Part shown: positions 57,650 to 64,000 of the stretch, piece after piece
Numbering within the stretch: position 1 is the first letter of the stretch
Layout: every line of letters begins with the position of its first letter
Assembly: GCA_951406725.2 (NCBI GenBank)
Contig: OX597832.1
Location: 20,708,001-20,772,000 of the forward strand
Origin: Octopus vulgaris
Lineage: Eukaryota
Direction: 5' to 3'
Length of the DNA: 64,000 nucleotides
Notes under the pieces: generated by a model
What the model was told of the DNA's origin: nothing
Databases searched by the model: none
Seen by the model: the letters and a program-made list of their open reading frames with translations, nothing else
Position numbers and translations under genes: made by a program

Positions 57650-57802
57650 AGCACCGTATGGCTAATGGGTCTGCTTCAGAAATAGGTCCTTCCAAATCGA
57701 TTTTTGAAGTAGGACAAAATGAGAGTTTCTTGTACCACAACTTCGGTATGACAAAAGAGTGATGTGATTTGGTGGACGAAAACTGTACGGAAGCCCTCCG
57801 AC
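57650..57802 (+). mobile_element. Very old SINE family A-like 5' half
   Basis: gatttggtggacgaaaactgtacggaagccc matches gatttggtagacggaaactgaaagaagccc. Confidence 0.5.
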
Positions 57803-58557
57803 TATTTGCATTCATCCAACCATATGTACATTATTTAACACAGAAACAGATATGTGTATGTGCTCGTCTTTGCATGTGTGTGCGGGTATGTGCATGTGCG
57901 TATGCCTGTATCTGTGTGTATATGTGTGTTTGTGTGTGTGTTTTCGAGAATAAGAGATTTAAGAGAGAAATTAGACTTTTTGCTTTATATTCGTGCTTGT
58001 ATCATCAAGTTTCTGTTCATTGATTTCCTTCTCTACCTCAAACGTGATTTGCCTTATCTGAACGAATGTTTCGCGTCCCTCATTCTGCTTCAAGTATTTT
58101 CAGTTAAAATAATAAATAACCGAATTTTTTTTTTCTAGCCAATCAGAATTTCTTTTCAAAATCTTCTCTCCCACTTTTTTGCTTGCTCAGTCAATACTAA
58201 GGGTATTTCATTAGCATCTCATTGCAGTTTGATGAATCGTGTTAAAACAAATACTTGTATAATCAACTGGACTGTTGGCGATTTTTTTTGCCCCATCTGT
58301 TTTTTTATTTTGGACTTTCCTATTTCTCCTGTTTCTAGAGGAAAGCTTTGCTCGAAAGGTAAACCAACCAGTCTTTCTGTCCTTCTCTGGGCGTCTTATT
58401 AATACTTTGCGTGCGGTACATTTTCGCGTTGTTGTTTTTTGTTGTCTTTTTCTCCTTTTTAAATTATATATAGATATATATATTCATATATATATATATG
58501 TATATATATATATATTCATATATATATATATATATATATATTCATATATATATATTC

Positions 58558-58588
<31 letters not shown>

Positions 58589-58589
<1 letters not shown>

Positions 58590-59000
58590 TACTCTTTTAC
58601 TCTTTTACTTGTTTCAGTCATTTGACTGCGGCCATGCTGGAGCACCGCCTTTAAACGAGCAACTCGACCCCGGGACTTATTCTTTTGTAAGCCCAGTACT
58701 TATTCTATCGGTCTCTTTTGCCGAACCGCTAAGTAACGGGTACATAAACACACAGCATTGGTTGTCAAGCGACGGAGGTGGGACAAACACAGACACACAA
58801 ACACACACACGCATATACATATATATATACATATATACGACGGGCTTCTTTCAGTTTCCGTCTACCAAATCCACTCACAAGGCTTTGGTCGGCCCGAGGC
58901 TATAGTAGAAGACACTTGCCCAAGGTGCCACGCAGTGGAACTGAACCCGGAACTATGTGGTTGGTAGACAAGCTACTTACCACACAGCCACTCCTGCGCC
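58589..59000 (-). mobile_element. SINE family A, full length
   Basis: Complete reverse complement of the 50621-51087 type, ending cacacagccactcctgcgcc. Confidence 0.93.
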
Positions 59001-59019
59001 TATATATATCGAGAAAATT

Positions 59020-59200
59020 CACAAAAAAAAAGACGAAGACAGGTGGTGTAGACAACAAACATATGTATTAGTATAACGTTCGTGAAGTGAAAAAGTCTTT
59101 AACGTTTCGAGCCTACGCTCTTCCACAGAAAGGAACACAGAAAGCAACAAGGAGAGAAAATAAAGAATGCGCAGTGGGTAGCGATCTATCATGGCGAAAT
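59020..59200 (-). mobile_element. Short element with variant HHR-like motif (59097-59132)
   Basis: Minus strand: CTTT-CTGTGGA-a-GAGC-gtag-GCTC-GAAACGTT-AAAG. Confidence 0.7.
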
Positions 59201-59232
59201 GGAATATATATATATATATATATATATATATT

Positions 59233-59640
59233 TCTCTTTTTTCTCTTTTAGTTGTTTCAGTCATTTTGACTGCGGCCGTGCTGGAGCACCGCCTTTAGTC
59301 AAGCAAATCGACCCCGGGACTTATTCTTTGTAAGCCTAGTACTTATTCTATCCGTCTCTTTTGCCGAACCGCTAAGTGACGGGGACGTAAACACACCAGC
59401 ATCGGTTGTCAAGCAATGCTAGGGGGACAAACACAGACACACAAACATATACACACACACTTATATATATATATACATATATACGACAGGCTTCTTTCAG
59501 TTTCCGTTTACCAAATCCACTCACAAGGCATTGGTCGGCCCGGGGCTATAGCAGAAGACAATTGCCCAAGATGCCACGCAGTGGGACTGAACCCGGAACC
59601 ATGTGGTTAGTTAGCAAGCTACTTACAACACAGCCACTCC
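59233..59640 (-). mobile_element. SINE family A, full length
   Basis: Complete reverse-complement copy that shares diagnostic variants with 10240-10615. Confidence 0.93.
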
Positions 59641-60146
59641 TATATATAAACTTCAACTATATTTTAAATATATGATATCTCATAATATAGCATTTTTCTT
59701 ACATATGATATAACACTTACTTAATTTGAAATGTTTGGAAATAATGTTGGATTGGCGGCGTATGATTAATGGAGCTATTACGATGAATAATATACCAGTT
59801 GGTGTTAAAGCTTTCCCAGGAATATTCCTTAAATAGGATTCTTCGTTCTGCTAGAAACACAGAATAAAGCTAATGACAATATGATGAGAGAAATAATTCT
59901 TCACTTGGCATGTGTTAGTGACAAATGACAACGAAGTTTTGGAATATGTGAATTTTTATACTAACATAGTATCGATAGCTAGTTTGAGAAGATTTCCTAT
60001 TAAAAACTCTGACTGATTGATTTTGCGTTCGTTTCTTATGTCAACCATAAATGGTTCCCACAAAATCAATCATTTTCTTTCTATCTCTGATTATCTCTCC
60101 TTCTTTCTCTCCTTCAACATATATACATAGATACATACATATATGT

Positions 60147-60197
<51 letters not shown>

Positions 60198-60361
60198 GGT
60201 GAAGGAGTGTCTGTGTGGTAAGTAGATTGCTTCCCAAGCACAGGGTTCCTGGTTCAGTATCACTGCGTGGCAAATCGGCCAAGTGTCTTCTGCTATAGTT
60301 CCGGACCGACCAAAGCCTTGTGAGTGGATTTGGTAGACGGAAACTGAAAGAAACCCGTCGT
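60198..60361 (+). mobile_element. SINE family A 5' half ending in (TA)n
   Basis: ggtgaaggagtgtctgtgtggtaagtag...gatttggtagacggaaactgaaagaaacccgtcg. Confidence 0.85.
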
Positions 60362-60363
60362 AA

Positions 60364-60405
<42 letters not shown>

Positions 60406-60433
60406 TATGTATGTATATATATATATGTATATA

Positions 60434-60469
<36 letters not shown>

Positions 60470-60656
60470 TATATACGGTATATATAAATTTATTTATTTA
60501 CATATGTAAGAATATGCAATGTATTTAAATATGTATACATGTATATAGGTAGATAGATACATACATACATGCATTTATACATACATACATTCATACATTC
60601 ATACATACATGCATACATACATACATACATACATACATACATAGAGAAGGATTCAG

Positions 60657-60689
<33 letters not shown>

Positions 60690-60717
60690 TATATAATGTA
60701 TATTTATATTTTCGATT

Positions 60718-60925
60718 TGCTGACAAAATCGTTATCAGGTCCTGCAAAACACCAAGCGCCACATTTTTTCTGTATTTGCGCTTTGAGTTCAAATTCCACC
60801 GAGATCGAGTTTGCTTGTCATTCTACTTAGGATCGATAAAGTATGTACCAGTTTAATACTGGTGTCGATGTAACCGATTTACTCTCCTCCCTTCGAAATT
60901 ATTGGCTTTGTGCCAATATTTTGGG
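60718..60925 (+). mobile_element. Old SINE family D copy
   Basis: gagttcaaattccaccgagatcgag...ggatcgataaagtatgtaccagt...ggctttgtgcc. Confidence 0.7.
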
Positions 60926-61136
60926 CCAATACTCATGTACAGTGCAATTTTATTGGATTTGCGGAAGATAATGGAAATTTTCCAGGACTCGACTCTAGGT
61001 ACATTTTATTCTTACGGTATTAAATTTAGCACAGCTAAGTAGCAACGAGATGATGAAGGAAAAAGTGCAAAAAAGTACCACTTCAGGAATACCGTCACTG
61101 AGCATAGTCCATTAAAAATAGAATGGAAATATGCCC

Positions 61137-61220
61137 GTGGTTAAGAGCGCGGGCTACTAACCCCAAGATTCCGAGTTCGATTCCTAGCAGTGCCTGAACA
61201 ACAACAACAACAACAACAAC

Positions 61221-61277
<57 letters not shown>

Positions 61278-61426
61278 TTAGGAATGAGAACCCAGGTTAG
61301 AAATTGCCCCAAGACACCTGATGAAGCCTGGCGGGTATATCAGCCAAAACATTGTGTTAACAACAAGCAAGATGAGGACAAATATCCGTCAAATGTAAAT
61401 AATGTAATTAATGTAAATAATGTAAT
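61137..61426 (+). mobile_element. Composite unit: tRNA-like head + (CAA)/(AAT)n + hammerhead-bearing tail (copy 2, 5' end clipped)
   Basis: gtggttaagagcgcgggctactaaccccaagattccgagttcgattcc, then HHR at 61313-61358: GACAC-CTGATGA-a-gcctg...cagcc-aAAACaTT-GTGTT. Confidence 0.85.
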
Positions 61427-61514
61427 AGGGTATTTTCTATGAAACTATTAAATTCTATTTCACTTTACAATCATACTGAAAGAAGAATGTTATTGAGAAA
61501 GAGTATTAAAGGTG

Positions 61515-61775
61515 TGAGTGAGCAAGTGAGTGCGTGCGTGATTAAGTGAGTGAGTGAGTGAGTGAGTGAGTGAGTGAGTGAGTGAGTGAGTGAGAGTGAG
61601 AGTGAGTGTGTGAGTGAGTGAGTGAGTGAGTGAGTGAGGGAGTGAGTGAATGAGTGGCTGAGTGAGAGTGAGAGTGAGTGTGTGAGTGAGTGAGTGAGTG
61701 GGTGAGTGAGTGAATGGGTGAGTGAGTGAGTGGGTGAGTGAGTGAGTGGGTGAGTGAGTGAGTGAGGGAGTGGGT
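61515..61775. repeat. (GAGT)n tetranucleotide microsatellite
   Basis: Directly visible. Confidence 0.95.
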
Positions 61776-62365
61776 AATCTATGCTCAAAAATTGGTAGCC
61801 ATAATAGTAACTGTTCTACAACAGGGAGCATGTGATGACAAGGCGAATGATTTACCTATATCAAATAGAGGAAAAGAAAGTAAAAAATTATCTTACATCC
61901 TTGTAGCTTATATAAACTCACTAGCAATCAAGTTTCAATCCAGTTGCAGTGGAGCTATTTCACAGACGAGATCTATGGCGACCAATGAGAGTTCCTTGAC
62001 ATGGCGGTGTTGTGTGTACCCAGTAACAATTTTGAAATTCACCTCAGGACTCTTATGATCAGTTGTCTTTGTATCTATTTGGCATAGACATGTTAAAATA
62101 TCCTGGAAACTTAACAATAATATCAGTTGATTAGGCCTCATGAGGCCATTCTAAGTCACATCGTCAAATTTCGCTGAGTCAACTACATGTGAATGACTCC
62201 AAGGTTGCAAACTTATGTAATGTTCGCACGTGACTTTCACAATAGAAATATAGATTATGTTAAATGTATAAATAGCTATTGTGCAAAATGTAGAATTTAG
62301 TCACTCGAAAAACACGTGAAAAACAAGGCGGAATAGCCATAACTGTCTGGGAGTCATGTGGTGAA

Positions 62366-62423
<58 letters not shown>

Positions 62424-62635
62424 GTATATATACATCTTGAAATAACTCTTGAATTTATGATTATATATACATATATATATAGGTATACACCACAAACACA
62501 TGCATATATATTAATGCATATAAACACACATATATACATGTATATATATGTGTGTATATATATATGTATGTATATATGTATACACACACATATATATATA
62601 AATATATTTATATATTTATATATATATATATATAT

Positions 62636-62670
<35 letters not shown>

Positions 62671-63100
62671 ATGGATAGATAGATTGATAGATAGGAAGGT
62701 AGATAGATAAATATACATGCATGTATATAAATGTACATATATAACATAACGAGTTTCATAAAAACATTATTATATACAAAGTTGCTCTCCCACTAGATAG
62801 GAATTTAAAATGGTGGCAGGGTAGAAATTCCTACACATTGTGATGATATAGTTTCCCTTCCATTTCTTCATATTTTTCCTTCTTTCTCGCAACGAATATA
62901 ATTCTATTGTTGTCAGATTTAGTTCCGCACACCGCTATTAACTTTTATTTTGATATGAAGAGAATACGTTGTCAAGCTTACCCAAGGCCATACAGATACA
63001 AACAAACATCCATTACTAAGCTTCTGCTTCTTATTGGGTGTATTCATTAAACAGCCATGGGAAGACGAAAGCAAATAGCACAGTTGTTAAGAGTGATGGT

Positions 63101-63211
<111 letters not shown>

Positions 63212-63512
63212 CCACATATCCACAGTTTCAGACTAGGGAAGTAGTTAGATATTTATGACTAACAATGTTATTATATTCAACGAATGTTTACTGCTCAATA
63301 AGCATGACTAAACGAGCTCGTACATAATATGGTCGTATATACGGACTTTCATACATATGTACGTACACACAAATATGCATGCATGTACATATTCACAGAC
63401 CACACACATAAACACACAAATACACACACACCCATACATGCACACATGTATATGTCCATGAGTATATTAATACATATACACACATATACTTATATATATG
63501 TATGTATGTATG

Positions 63513-63559
<47 letters not shown>

Positions 63560-63693
63560 GCATATATATATATATATATATATATACGTATGTGTATAGT
63601 CAGTTTTATATACACAAATATTTTCAGAAACTGACCCACATACAGAACACAAACCTTGACACACACGCGCATACACCCACTTAGAGCATATAT

Positions 63694-63785
<92 letters not shown>

Positions 63786-63824
63786 GTATGTGTATATATA
63801 TATATGCATACACATATATACGTA

Positions 63825-63861
<37 letters not shown>

Positions 63862-64000
63862 TGCGAGTGTTTACATATCTATGTATGCATGTATGTATGT
63901 ATGTAGGCATGTGCGTATAATCAAATCTGATTTCACGTAGAGTGAGACGGAGCAGCTGAAGAAAAACATAATTAGTGTGCTTGGTTACGAAAGTTACACA

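Noticed and set aside
61515-61775. Array of GTGAGT splice-donor consensus sites
   Set aside because: A trivial consequence of a (GAGT)n microsatellite. There is no adjacent exon evidence.

Overview
AT-rich, eukaryotic, repeat-dominated non-coding DNA. It is most likely intronic or intergenic cephalopod (Octopus-like) sequence, inferred from the extreme microsatellite load and the SINE types. I find no credible intact host protein-coding gene: nearly all listed ORFs are translations of (TA)n, (ATGT)n, (GATA)n, (AAT)n, (GAT)n or (GAA)n tracts, or of SINEs. The window contains about 30 copies or fragments of several tRNA-headed SINE families (my labels A, B/C, D), decayed Tc1/mariner DNA transposons and MITEs, two Penelope-like (PLE) GIY-YIG endonuclease remnants and several long inverted repeats. 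The most interesting signal is a set of about 9 minimal, dimer-type hammerhead-ribozyme (HHR) motifs from at least 5 repeat families. One family is a composite unit present twice: tRNA-like Pol III head + (AAT)n + HHR tail. One of those two copies starts about 15 bp after the stop codon of a PLE GIY-YIG remnant. A second notable signal is a SINE whose body is repeated head-to-tail with an exact 184-bp period, suggesting a multimeric or circular RNA template. All alignments and folds were done by eye, so element boundaries are approximate.
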